A stretch of DNA of 64,000 bases from Ophelia neglecta (Eukaryota), in assembly GCA_965285935.1 (NCBI GenBank), contig OZ260665.1, positions 53,258,001 through 53,322,000 of the forward strand. The letters run 5' to 3'. The first letter of the stretch is position 1, and each line of letters opens with the position of its first letter. A model generated the notes under the pieces. It was given only the letters and a program-made list of their open reading frames with translations. It searched no databases and was not told where the DNA came from. This document shows, in pieces, positions 1 through 11,950 of the stretch. Made by a program: the position numbers and the translations under genes.

Positions 1-668
1 TGCAGCTACGAAAATATTAACTACTGTTAAGGTTTCTTAGGTAAAGACACAATGAATTATTCTCACCGCGATTATATAGTTTACTAAAGTAGAATCACAC
101 ATGATATTTTACGTTTCAAACAAAGTAGAGTGAGCCGGAATTACCCTCACATCCTGTTAGGTCTGCTGTTTTTGCTGGTGTGTAGCTCATGTTATTTGAT
201 ATGACTTTGGCATCAGCTTGGAATACATATCATATTATTGTTCATTTCATCTACGACTAGTTTATGTTTAAAAGCATTTTCCTAAGCAATTGCATAGTAT
301 ATACATTATCAAAAAATATCTAGCCTTTCACTTGTGAACTTCGAGTTCACATTTCCGTTTTTATGTATTGTTTATCACATATTTGTGTTTGCTCATTAAG
401 GAATCTGCTAAAAGAAAATAGATTTGCAATAGATTAATTTTGGAAACCATGCTTTTTGCCAAGGACACATCTGAAATTAAAGCGGTTCTGGGCTCTGTGT
501 CAGTGAGATAAAAGAAGTTTTTAGAAGCCTGCATCATTGTTTCTCTTGGTGACACACGCATGAAACCAAGTTCAGGAAATCAATTAATAGTTATTTGTTG
601 CAATGAAGTTGCTTTATTCATTTCCTAATTTCCTCTGAAAACCTCTCATTTATCTCTAAAGTAATACA

Positions 669-700
669 ACTAATAATTTGCAGTACTTTCTTCTTTACAG
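669..700 (+). promoter_or_regulatory. Probable 3' splice acceptor of the exon carrying CHST-like copy 1 (exon would start at 701)
   Basis: CTAAT branch-like motif near 670, pyrimidine tract TACTTTCTTCTTTAC and AG at 699-700, 152 nt upstream of the ATG. A similar acceptor precedes copy 2. Confidence 0.55.
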
Positions 701-852
701 AAGTCAAGCTCATTGGTTCTTCTGGCTACAGTCGGTTTCGTTATAGCCATGCTGTTGCGTATATCATAACACCATGGTATGCAGTATACTTTAAATCGTG
801 TATTAGAGGTTTTTATGGGAAAATAAGTCAATTAAACTGTATCGGAGATGCT

Positions 853-1839
853 ATGCTTGGTCGACATTTAGAAACGGCAAAACAGTCTGTTACCAATACA
901 GTCAAAGGAAAATCCCGGAAAAAGGTCAAAGGGTCATATTTCCGCCTTGGGATTAAAAGACGCCCATTTCAGAATCGCCTTATTACGGTTTGTTTTTTGT
1001 GTTTGTGCTATTCTTTTTACATGCTGTATCTCACTTCTCTTTTTCCTGGGGAAGGAAAACAGGAAAATGATGTGACAAAGAGCCATCCAACTCCTGGGAA
1101 GAGAAGTCGCTCTGCTATCTGGAACAATCCCGTCTTACGACAAGAGGACAGGCGAGTGGTAGTCTTGGTAGTCGACCACGACGCTGACCCCGAACCCTTA
1201 GAGACCCTATTTAAAATTCATTCTCGAGTGTTATTCTTCGAGGAACCAATTCAAATTGTCTCACATATAGCAATGCCTCCATGGACAGGATACGAATCTG
1301 ATCTGCTTACCAGCCTCATGGCTTGTGACAAGAGTGCCTTGCCCCACTTGGTTGACCTTGCTAATCATCAGTTGCTGGACCCTGGAGATTCTCCCTGGTG
1401 TAGCCCGCGTCCCAGACAAATCATCAACAACAAGGACGTAATTTGTAGACCACCATCCAAATTACGATTTGTCAAGCTGTGTCGGTCTAACCATATTGCC
1501 ATTAAAATGAGCAAATTGTCTGACTTGGCTAGATTGATTAACATCAATGAATTTCACAAAGGATGTTGTATGAACGTTGTACACATATCGAGTTCACCAA
1601 ATAGCACTAATAATGTGTTGTTTGCTGTAAGAGATTCCCTTGCTAAAGAAGAAGCAACTCTATACCCCATTGATAATTACAGGAACTATAACCACGAGTG
1701 GTTTGCAACAGGAAACATATTGGGCAAAGTTTTCGAATTATACAATTTCCTAGATTTGTACATAGATAACAGGACTATTGAATGGCTTGCGTCAGTGGGA
1801 GTTACATATAGGATTCCAACCTTTAAAGGTTTCCCGTAA
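853..1839 (+). CDS. Carbohydrate 6-O-sulfotransferase (CHST1/3-7 family)-like type II membrane protein, copy 1; PAPS-binding motifs degenerate
   Basis: 328-aa ORF with a basic N-tail and one TM segment (LITVCFLCLCYSFYMLYL). Family-like blocks in the expected order: LFKIHSRVLFFEEP (cf. LFNQHxDVFYLFEP), DLLTSLMACD (cf. DLLRSLYDCD), LCRSNHIAIK (cf. ACRxxSHVAIK), KVFELYNFLDLYIDNRTIEWL (cf. KTEEIYGFLGIPLDSHVARWI). Clear paralogue at 20769. Confidence 0.85.
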   Translation: MLGRHLETAKQSVTNTVKGKSRKKVKGSYFRLGIKRRPFQNRLITVCFLCLCYSFYMLYLTSLFPGEGKQENDVTKSHPTPGKRSRSAIWNNPVLRQEDRRVVVLVVDHDADPEPLETLFKIHSRVLFFEEPIQIVSHIAMPPWTGYESDLLTSLMACDKSALPHLVDLANHQLLDPGDSPWCSPRPRQIINNKDVICRPPSKLRFVKLCRSNHIAIKMSKLSDLARLININEFHKGCCMNVVHISSSPNSTNNVLFAVRDSLAKEEATLYPIDNYRNYNHEWFATGNILGKVFELYNFLDLYIDNRTIEWLASVGVTYRIPTFKGFP

Positions 1840-3926
1840 TCATTCCAGTCAGCCGAACATCAGATGAACAAAAGCAATTAGCATTGCCTACTGGAAATAC
1901 ATGAGACTCTTGCTGAACTCGTTAGCATTCAAAAGCCAGTTTCATAAGACATGAAAGCTGGTTCAACCGTATGGCTGACCCTTACCAATCTACTGTCGTA
2001 CTGCCCTTTAAAGTATATTTATTTTTGTATTCTACGTGAGTACCTTTAGCACAAGAGAAAGAGTGCTTTGATAAACGATTTATACACCACTCCCGTAAGC
2101 CTTTAGTTTGGTATAACACTACAAATCACACTCATATCTCGTAATCAAGATACATTAATCATTTCGAATACGGAGATGTATATATAATTTGACATATGCA
2201 AACCTAATGATTTTCTCATCTACTAGCTTAACCATGGATTGATATTGTCGCGTGTCCGCTGATGGTATTAGTTCTGACTCCTATGCTAGTCACGCCAAGG
2301 TTAATAAACACTTCAAGCACTAGACCAAACTGCTGATGACAGCACACTAGCACCCTTCCTACCTTACTCTTTTCACGGCTTGTCTCTTTTGCTCATGAGT
2401 TGTCTGCTCTGCCGTTAAGAGTGCTTCTATGTGAGTGAGGGCTTTGAATCTCAATAGAGTCGGTTTTTACCTAGTAACACAGTAAAATTCAACGTTGTTT
2501 TCAATAGCCCCGTGGCTTGCCCATTGGCTAATATTGGAACGAAAATTTAATTGTCGTATACATCACGTCTTGAAACATTGCGATTATTTATTATCGCTAT
2601 TCCATACATATCAGCAGAGTGTCTTCACGAAACGAACACATAATATGTGAAAGCCTGTCTAAAAATTTAAAGTTACAGACAGTCAAAATATATAATACAG
2701 TAAAAAACCAATGTAAAAGAGATTTTACTGTTATTGCCGACTGATGAAGTGTCGAGAGGTCATTCTTATTCTGTTCACCAAGAAGCTTCAACTCAAATGT
2801 AAAATCGATGCCTTTAAACATGCTATCAATGTTCTGATTGCTATAATGTTTGAATAAATACAGTGTATTATGGTGAGTGACCGATGCTTTTTCTTTGCTT
2901 GTCTCGGCTCCTCAATTGAGACTGGTTGATCTCAATACTTACTCTCTAAGTACAAATGAAATGGAATTGTGAGACGTTTCGATTTCATTGGCAGGAGTTG
3001 AAAGGGACTGATATTTAATGAGTGTCTGTTTTAGCTCAATTTGTAACTTTGTTACATTTGCCGTTCAATCAACTAAGAATTTGTACTGCCTACCCGGTAT
3101 TCGTTCCCTTTTCCCCATAAGATAATACCCCATTGCATCTCCAAAGAAAACTAAGAACACATGAACTTTGAATAATGTCTGGGTATTGGTTTGATACCAT
3201 TATGACACCCAGAAGAGAAAAGTCGACATTGAAATTCCCGCTAACAAGTTATAACTTTCATATGCGCAGATGAAGGTGTTATTGCCACAAGATAAATGTG
3301 TTATACAGAGACAAGCAAGCCTTAGCTGATTAAAATATGAGCCCATATGCGTTATTATTAGAGAGATTGGTCAACGAATGATATATCCTTGTATAAAGTG
3401 TTTCTCTTGTTTGGACAAAGGACAAATCTATTTTATTGCCAAACAACTTATAATAGAATAACATTATACTGAATGCAAAATATGTACAGCAATATCAGTA
3501 TGGCTAATATAATATGATAAACACATGTAAGTACAAAATGAACTGCCAAGAATTTTGTGATCGAGTTGCCGGAACAGGTCAAAAGAAGGTCCAATTAACG
3601 GCTATAGGCTACCATTTGAATTATTAGAAAGCGTAGGACAATGAATTATGAAATTTAATTTATCAGTCGGTTAATCTACATTCATTACAATCCTTAAGGG
3701 AAACATATTATTTCTTAACTGGTTTACCTATCAGGACAACCCAGCCCATTCCATCACTGTCGACCACTTAACTATATTCACCCTGACGGTCAGACCTTGA
3801 GCTTGCGGTAAATATCTCATTAAATAGCCATAGATTACCTGTCATTTATTGAGAACCTCTGCAACAAAGGCATGAATAACATGTTTAAACTGAGAGTTAT
3901 ATATCAAAGGCAATATCAGATTTGAA

Positions 3927-5052
3927 TTAAAGGTGTATCGTATCGGATACGATATCTTTGCCCTTTGATAGTTTCTCAATCATAATAAAAAGTTCTGCAA
4001 AATATAGATCAGCAAAAAAAAGCAAATAATCTAGATGACTAAAGTATTTTGATCAAGAGCTTCCAACTGGCTACATTCATGCCAAATTTTACGAAAATCG
4101 GTCAGTAAACAGCTAAGATACGGCAATTTGAACTTTTCAAGGTCATGGCGTGATCTTGATTTTCAAAGTTCATCAACCAGATGAGATTAGTCCCAAGACC
4201 TTCTAACTGGATACATTCAAATTTGATGAAAATTGGTCCATAAATGGCTGAATTACAGGCATTTAAAATTTGCAAGGTCACGGTGTGACCTTGATTTTAG
4301 AAGTAGGTCAACCAGATAATTTTTGGGCTGAAGCCTTCCGAACTGGCTACATTTGTGCCACATTTTACGGGAATCGGTCAATAAACGGCTGAGATATAGC
4401 CATTTAAAATTTTCAATGTCACGGACTTACCTTGATTTTCAAAGTAGGTCAATTAGATAATTTTGATCAGAAGACTTTTTTACTGGCTACATTCGTGCCA
4501 AATTTTGCAGAAATCGGTCAGTAAACGGCTGAGATATAGCCATTTGAAATTTTCAATGTCACAGTTTGACCTTGATTTTAAAAGTAGGTCAATAAGATAA
4601 CTTTGGTCAGAAGACTTTCTAACTGGCTACATCCGTGCCAAATTTTGTGGAAATCGGTCAGTAAACAGCTGATATATAGCCATTTAAAATTTTCAATGTC
4701 ACGGTTTGACCTTGATTTTGAAAGTAGGTCAATTAGATAATTTGGGCCGAAGACTTTTAAACCGGCTACATTCGTGCCAAATTTTTCTGAAATCCGTCAG
4801 TAAACAGCTGAGATATAGCCATTTGAAATTTTCAAGGTTACGGTGTGACCTAAATTTTTGAAGTAGGTCAACCAAAAGTTAAAGGCCTCGAGCCATTGTC
4901 CTTATTTAGGTTCTCACCAAAGATCATCGAAATCGGCCAAGTGATTCTTGAGATATCTTGCAGACAGATGCACAGACACACAGACGGACGGACACACAGA
5001 CGGACATGACAAAAAACATAATCTTTGCCCCCATAGGGGGGCAAAGATAATC
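3927..5052 (-). mobile_element. Non-autonomous Helentron-associated element (HINE / DINE-1 / pearl-like)
   Basis: Read on the - strand: 5' subTIR ATCTTTGCCC with an adjacent inverted copy (hairpin 5021-5048), GTCY/GTGT microsatellite (about 4960-5006), central 140-bp tandem array, 3' subTIR (ATCTTTGCCC on + at 3954-3963) and terminal palindrome TATCGTATC-G-GATACGATA (3936-3954). Confidence 0.8.
4050..4880. repeat. Tandem array of six ~140-bp units inside the HINE
   Basis: Anchor CTGGCTACAT-like motif recurs at 4067, 4207, 4343, 4483, 4623 and 4762; units share GAAATCGGTCAGTAAAC and GACCTTGATTTT.AAAGTAGGTCAA. Confidence 0.92.
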
Positions 5053-5161
5053 ATAGGCCAAAGACTATAAGTGCACCAAATGTCGATTATACGCGAGATT
5101 GGATTGGGTTGGCAAGCCGCCCCAACTTCCTTTTGTTAGAAGCCAATCATCGGTGAAATAT

Positions 5162-5190
5162 CCCCCCCCCTCCTCCCCCCCCCCCCCCCC
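5162..5190. repeat. Poly-C tract (G-quadruplex-capable on - strand)
   Basis: 29-nt almost pure C run. Confidence 0.85.
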
Positions 5191-7144
5191 AACATCCTTG
5201 TAACTTCCGCCATGGATTTCATGCTTTAGCAGGTCGATCAGCAGATATAAAATATTATAAACACATTGTGCAAATATTTTTGAACGAGTGGAAAATGCCC
5301 AACTGGATGCGAGGGATAAATGGAGGGTATACACACAAGAGAACGATTTCTGAAAATTCTTAGTTTCATTTAATACCTCAATTCCCAAACTTAGTTTATG
5401 ATAAAAACACAATTGCCTTTTTATTATTTAACTATAGGATTAATGATACTTTGTCAGTAAATTATTTATCGTATAACATCTGTTAACAGGGTGATGAACA
5501 ACGAATCATCATGGTTAACAAGAAAGTAATTGCTCTAGTTTGTGAATTATTCAAATCACTCACAGCAAGAGCAAAGAGCACAAAGTGTTCAATTAAGATT
5601 CCAAACAGAAGATAGAAGCTTTGAGTTGAAATAAGTTCAGACGTTTCATCATAATCTATCAATGCCACTATTAATGAGGCTAGATAACAAGTACAAATTC
5701 TGAAAAGGATGACTGGCGATAAGATCTTGAAGATGGGGTGCATCCATAGCAGGAACTCGGGATAGGAAAGTAAATGTAAGGAATGAAGGGATAAAGTATT
5801 CAGAGATATGTGAATGATTCGCGGCAAAAACAATGGATTGGTGACTTCAGAAGTAGACGGAAGTAATAAAATAACTTCACGGTAAATTTAATGACTGAAC
5901 CTTGAGATGATCTCAGACAATTAAATTCCCGTAGGTGGGTCTTTTTCTTGACTGTGGTTTGTTCTCTTATATAACCAAAATGCTCATTTCTGAGTTTTTT
6001 TATTACTTATAGTCGCCTGGTAGTCAAGATTTTAACTTAGGCCAGGTTCCAAGGACTATTTTTCCAAAATAAACCACAAACGTCACATTTACGGTACTCA
6101 TTTTTGTTCATGTGTAAACCTGATTATGCTTTCGAATGTATTGCACGACAATATAAAAGGAATCAAATATTGCCAATATTGACATTATTGTAGTAATCTA
6201 AAATTGAATTGCAATCTATGAAAAAATATCTTATTATTCCTCATTCCACAACGAAGAGTATATGAATGGATTGGATTGTAAACGCGGCTAAAATAGATTG
6301 TGCTTATACATATGCATTAATTCTGTTTCTATAAGTACTGTCATAACAAGGGCTAGCGAATTTGCTCAAGTATAGTTCTGTGTTAAAATAAGTATTAATT
6401 ATAACTTTATGAAATGTTAGATTATGAGATGTCAAATTCAACCAAGATTACAATTTCGGCTGCGCTACTTTTATTTGGCTTACAAAACACTGGAACAGTA
6501 ACGTTAAACAGCAGTTAAACCATTCTTATGGAACTTCCGCCCGGTAAACAGACCTGTATATATTTATAGAATCATTAAATTGGGTGGGCTGGGTAAATGC
6601 ACAACTAGGCCTACTATTAATGACACGAAATTAGGTTACACACTATCCCCGAATTCACTCGACCAGGTGACACCAGGAACCCCAGAAATCCCTTGAACAA
6701 CAGTTGGGACCAGGAACAAGTCCCTCTTTAACCACAATTATAATAATGTATCGCAATTGACATACTAATAGTGAAAGTCAGTGAACGATTATCATGTGCT
6801 TAGTATGAGCAGGTTGAGCCATTGTAGCCTGCTTACTCTATAACAGTGGATTTGAAATGTTTCTATTAAGTACATCTGCCTTTTCAATTATCTTCTCTCG
6901 ATTGATATACTTATCTCTAGATACTGATATGTAATTCAATTGTGTAGCCTGGAAAGCAAACACTCTATATGCACATGTGATCTAATTTTTGTTAAATGTC
7001 TTTCCAATTTCATACGCTCATTCATCTGGCCAAATTATATCACCAATTAATAGGTCATAGCCTTTATTCATGACAAAAGTGCGTCTTGAAACTGCATCTA
7101 TGACATTCGGCATAAATATGAATTTTGATGAACAAACCAAAATG

Positions 7145-7323
7145 TAGTGAAACCTGCCTTAAAGACCACCTCTATAATCAGACCACCTGTAAAATTCAGA
7201 CCACTAATATGACGCCCATTCTGTATACTTTCAGTGTTGAATGACCTTTCTAAACAGACCACCTCTGAAATCAGACCAGCATTTTCCAGACCCTTGGGTG
7301 TTCTTAATCCACAGGTTTCACTG
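7145..7323 (+). mobile_element. Tc1/mariner (pogo/Tigger-like) MITE, copy 1
   Basis: TIRs (T)AGTGAAACCTG ... CAGGTTTCACTG followed by TA; internal AGACCAC repeats; homologous over its full length to 49433-49609. Confidence 0.82.
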
Positions 7324-9447
7324 TATGTGGAAATTTAACAATTCCGTACACAGTAGACCTACTAGCTTTTATTATCCGTATATATGATGGACAGTGCAGA
7401 CAAGTTGATAGCAAGTTAAAGTCTAAGTGATGCACAGAAGGCTCCAGTCGGCTGGCTTCCTTAGCCTCTCATACATCCCACACATCAACATGCAAGACCT
7501 TATCGGTTTTTCTTTCCCTATTCGTGAAATGGCAACATGTTTTTTGCTTTTGAAGATTTTGGTAGTCACCCAGCTCCACTGGAAGCTACCAAAGGAATAT
7601 TATTCTGGTTGCATCTCACAAACCATTTGATGTCAACTTTTGCATCATGCAACCTTTAGCTTTTAGTGCATAAGCTTGGATCTGATTTGAGAAACCAGCA
7701 TACCAACATTGGTTTACTTTAAAAAGTCTCACTGTGATGTTCTGTTTAGTTTCTTCAGATGCAGATTTGAATGTATAACTACCATGCAAGACCTCTGCCT
7801 GTGAGAGAGCATATTCTTGTTGACTTTTTTGACATTATGCCTTATATGACATTTCCACTGGTTTTAAGTGCCAATTAAATTTACCAGAGACTAATAACGG
7901 AAGTAAGTTTTATGTATTTAGGAGCGTGTTTGTGACGCATGCCCAAACGGCATTAAGTGGCAATGAATGGATGAGCTAAATCCCGAGTCGGGAGTCTCCA
8001 GACACTTTATGAAAGATTGTCGCCATTATTTCTACCCTATCGGCGAGTTAGACTCCAATGGGACTGTGATATGCTTCCAAAGCTTTTTCGTGACTTAGCA
8101 AGACTTTCTCCCTTAAGGCTGCATGAGCTCCGAAGTGTCTGAAAGTTGTTGTGACACTACGTTATGTCTTGATAGGAAACCACAGGATTAGTCTCCCGCA
8201 GTCCGCTGGATATGACGATAAAACATCGTCAATCAAATACAGTATATTCAGATTTAATGGATATTGGACTGGAGGGAGCAATTAACCACACCCAAGTCGC
8301 TATACCTGTATAATCAACAAAGGGTTAAACAGCAGTCAATTCACGTCAAACGTAATACAACTTCAGAGAGTACGCAATTGAGCTGGTTCTTATTATGTAC
8401 AGTACCATAGAACCCTAGCTAGCAATACTTTTGAGCCCTTTCAGTGATCAATTCACGTTTAAGTTGTATATGATTATTATTGTGTTTTTCTGATATCTAT
8501 GCAGTATATAAGAAATGAACACTAGAATCGTGGCCACTTGCTTATATTTGGATGTTCACTTGCAATGATGGAGAGTACGTCAAACAAACAAAATTTCTTT
8601 TGCGTGCCTTCATGCTCAGTATTGACATTTAAGCCTTCATGCGAGTTGGCGACTTGTCCAGAGTTGAGCCGACATGCTTTCTCTGACGCACAAACAATGG
8701 AGAAAGAACGTGATGCCCACCAGACAGAGACCTCTTCGGTGCCATCAGCCGAGAGACATTGATCTGTACACGTGATTACCGTGACAAAACAATCACTCTT
8801 TTGGTCAGAGACGTCAAACACAACTAAGACAAATTATGTTCTACCCTGACCAAGGCTGGGAAATTGATCTCCCATGAATGCAGCAATTTGATACAAGTAG
8901 TATGGATTTGTGTTTGGCTTAGTTCAGCTTATCCAAATCACTGAATGTTCTTAAACTGTCCCAAATTTTGTCACCTTATATTATCTTGCAAATCAATCTT
9001 AGATCCTCAATTAACACAATGAATAACAACAATATTCACGGTCGACTCAATAAAGACCCGTGTTAACTATATACATTCTAGATTACACAATTCACATTTC
9101 GTCATGAATGTAGACCTACAATTTCTAAAGCAATGTTCCTCAAATTGACTGCCATCTCAGGTAGGCGGCTATATCTGACAGGAAAAAAGAGGCAAATCCT
9201 GACAAGAAAATAAGATAATACACAGCCTAAGCCCTTACGTAAAATTGCTGGAATTATCATTTGATCATAAATTGAGTAAACTGTATTTTTCGACAGTTTC
9301 ATGAAACCCTTTCGCAGCCGACTTCCCATTATCAATGTCAACGTTGATCCACTAGTTCCAAAGCATTTTAGGAGACCTTAATGGACATGACACTATAAAT
9401 GACTTATGAGGCCTGTGCTGACTGCATCTAAGCAATACATAACAAGA

Positions 9448-9541
9448 GGGAGTGGGGGATGGGTGGGGTGTGTGTGAGCAGGTGAGTTGGGGGAGGGGAG
9501 ACGGTTTGAGTGGAATGAGTTGAGTGGGTGGGGTAGGAGGG
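9448..9541 (+). other. G-rich tract with a canonical G-quadruplex motif
   Basis: GGGAGTGGGGGATGGGTGGGG at 9448-9468 fits four G3+ runs with short loops; more G runs follow. Confidence 0.6.
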
Positions 9542-11529
9542 CTACAAGATCACTTTCAAACCTTTTTCTAAAATATTATCAACATCCAATTTTTTACTCA
9601 AAGGTAGTAGCAATAAATTTACAAGGAAAAAATAATAATTTTACATCATAAACAGTTATGATGGTGATTTGTGTCAGGGCTGAAGCCAGGAAAAAATAGC
9701 TTATATATAAGCAGCTGTCCAGTATAAACAATAAATATAACGTGAAAATTTAGTGCGTACATGGTAGGCCTATAGATGTGCTACTGTGTAATGTTTAACC
9801 TTAATTGGATATAGTTGCCGCGATTTCCAGAGAAGAAACTCAGTCTAGATAAATGAATCTGTTAATTGATCGAAAGTCCAAGTTAGGCATTTGTTGAGGT
9901 GTTATGAAACACAAAATATTTTGGACTTTAGCCAGATTTAATTCATCTTTAAATCGGTTCCATGGACTGCGATTAATGTTAATGGGAATTTAAACTGGCA
10001 TTTTCTTCAATCGCAAACACCATAGCACGGATATGAAATAAACCCTATAATCACCCCACTCCCTTATCTAAATCCCCGCATGGAGCGTGTTTGTACCTGG
10101 AAAACAGTTCAAGCGTCTTTTCTTTTTACAAAACGGATGGGCTTTCATTTTAAGTGCCCCACTTTGGGCACAACCAAACACCGGATGTCCGTCTTGTACA
10201 AAGCATTGCGCGTTCTTCTGCCGGCAGTGACGTCAAACAATCCAAGCCGTCTCGAATGCTGTGCCCATTCATGAAATGTCAATATTCCTTGAGCCCCCGG
10301 CGGATGGTGAAGGCACAGAGCCCCGTGATTGAAAGTCACTGGAGGAAATTGGGGACGCACAGAAACAAATGACTTTTTCTATTTTTTAGCACGGAGCGGA
10401 AACGCTTCGGGCTTCAATGAATAAACACTAAATTCTAGTGCAATATATTACAATAATGGCGTTCTACGTAGGCTATTGTAATTCATGTTGTTTCCATTTT
10501 TCAGTCTATCTTGACTTTAACGGTGTGATATCTGAATTTTTAAAGAGACCTCTGGTAAAAGCGCAATAGTTATAAGATTGCCCTATTGTACCTAACTCCT
10601 TTTATATATATAGGCAAACCGATGTCATGTCATCAGTGATAGGCCTATGTGAGGAGAGGCGCTCTTTGCTACAGATTGGTAGGATGAAAATATAATTATT
10701 ATGGGCTTAGTCCTTTATCTAGACTTACGCTCACAGAGCATATGCAAAAGAAAATTAGGGTACTGAAATTTCCACCCAGCATTCTGCCAAGTTGATATTT
10801 GTGTTATTTTTTGTTATGTCTATATTTATATCTTTCGCGTCTACAAGAGCATCTCTCCCTGGTGTTCTCTATCAATGGGGGAACCCTGGTATCTACAAGA
10901 TTCTACATAATTGCATGTCACCGCAACCAAGATTAGAAACTGGTTTGATGAATCTCTGGCACTTGGACAGCTAGAAAAGAATGAGTGTCCATTGATTGCC
11001 CTCATCGCTGAAGGAATTGGAGATGAAACAAGGATTTGTTTACTAAAGAACCAGATATAAGTGGGATCCTGACAGATGAAGAAACTCATAAAAAGCAGTT
11101 GAAATGATATAGATCCCGATATAATTGTTCATTGAAAAGACACATTATGCGTAGATGGGGATAGAATATTCATAGGCAATTGAAAGCTTTTCTGGTGATT
11201 GATCCCATTAAAACATAAGAGATAACGACACCAGATTACTATGATAAAAAGTTCAGTTAGAAACACTATGTCTAGGAATGTCCGCCACTCATAGGCTAAT
11301 CGTTGTGAAACAGAATTGGTCAATTCAAAGTGGTAATTAATTTTTCCTTGTCTAATTACGATTTCCCAAAAAAATGTTTTGATTTAGTCCAATGAGTAAT
11401 TACTTACGGAAGGTTTAAAGGGTCACAGAGGAAAAGTGGAATTAAGAAAGCAAAATTATGACAAGCGTATGACGGAATTGAAGCCTAAGAGTTCCAGGAG
11501 TAATAAGAAATAAAATGTGATATTTCAAT

Positions 11530-11950
11530 ATTTTCCTAAAGACGAAAATACGAGTTTTAACCAACGAATCTCGTCCTTCTAAAAGTCGAAATAAGGATAG
11601 AGAAAAAAACTAGAAATGATCGGGGCAAAAATTAAATAAACTGAAAAATTATTATCGAATTCACGAGGAAAAAACCCGAAATTACGAAAGCGAAAAATCG
11701 ACATTAAGAGAAAGGTCACGAATTTAAGTTTAGGACTCAAAATTAAGTGTTTTAAAATCGAAATAACTAGAAAAATCACAAAATTAGCATAAACGCTACA
11801 TTTTGTCTTTCGCAAACTGAAGATTACGAGTAAAACAAGGAAATTTCCTGGTAGTAACTCGAAATTTCGTTTTTCCAAGAAACGAAATTAAAAGAAAAAA
11901 CCATAAATAACGAGAGAAAGAATGTATATGTTTACGATTAAATTTGAAAA
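11530..11950. repeat. Degenerate A-rich short-period tandem repeat (CGAAAT/ACGAG motifs)
   Basis: Recurrent AAAGTCGAAAT, CGAAATTACGA and AAATCGAAAT variants with strong A skew and locally high CpG. Confidence 0.5.

Noticed and set aside
5483-5870. Further faint LINE-like stretches (also about 28560-28720, 36640-36880, 39740-39990)
   Set aside because: Only vague resemblance to CR1/L2 ORF2 motifs; needs RepeatMasker or tBLASTn to call.
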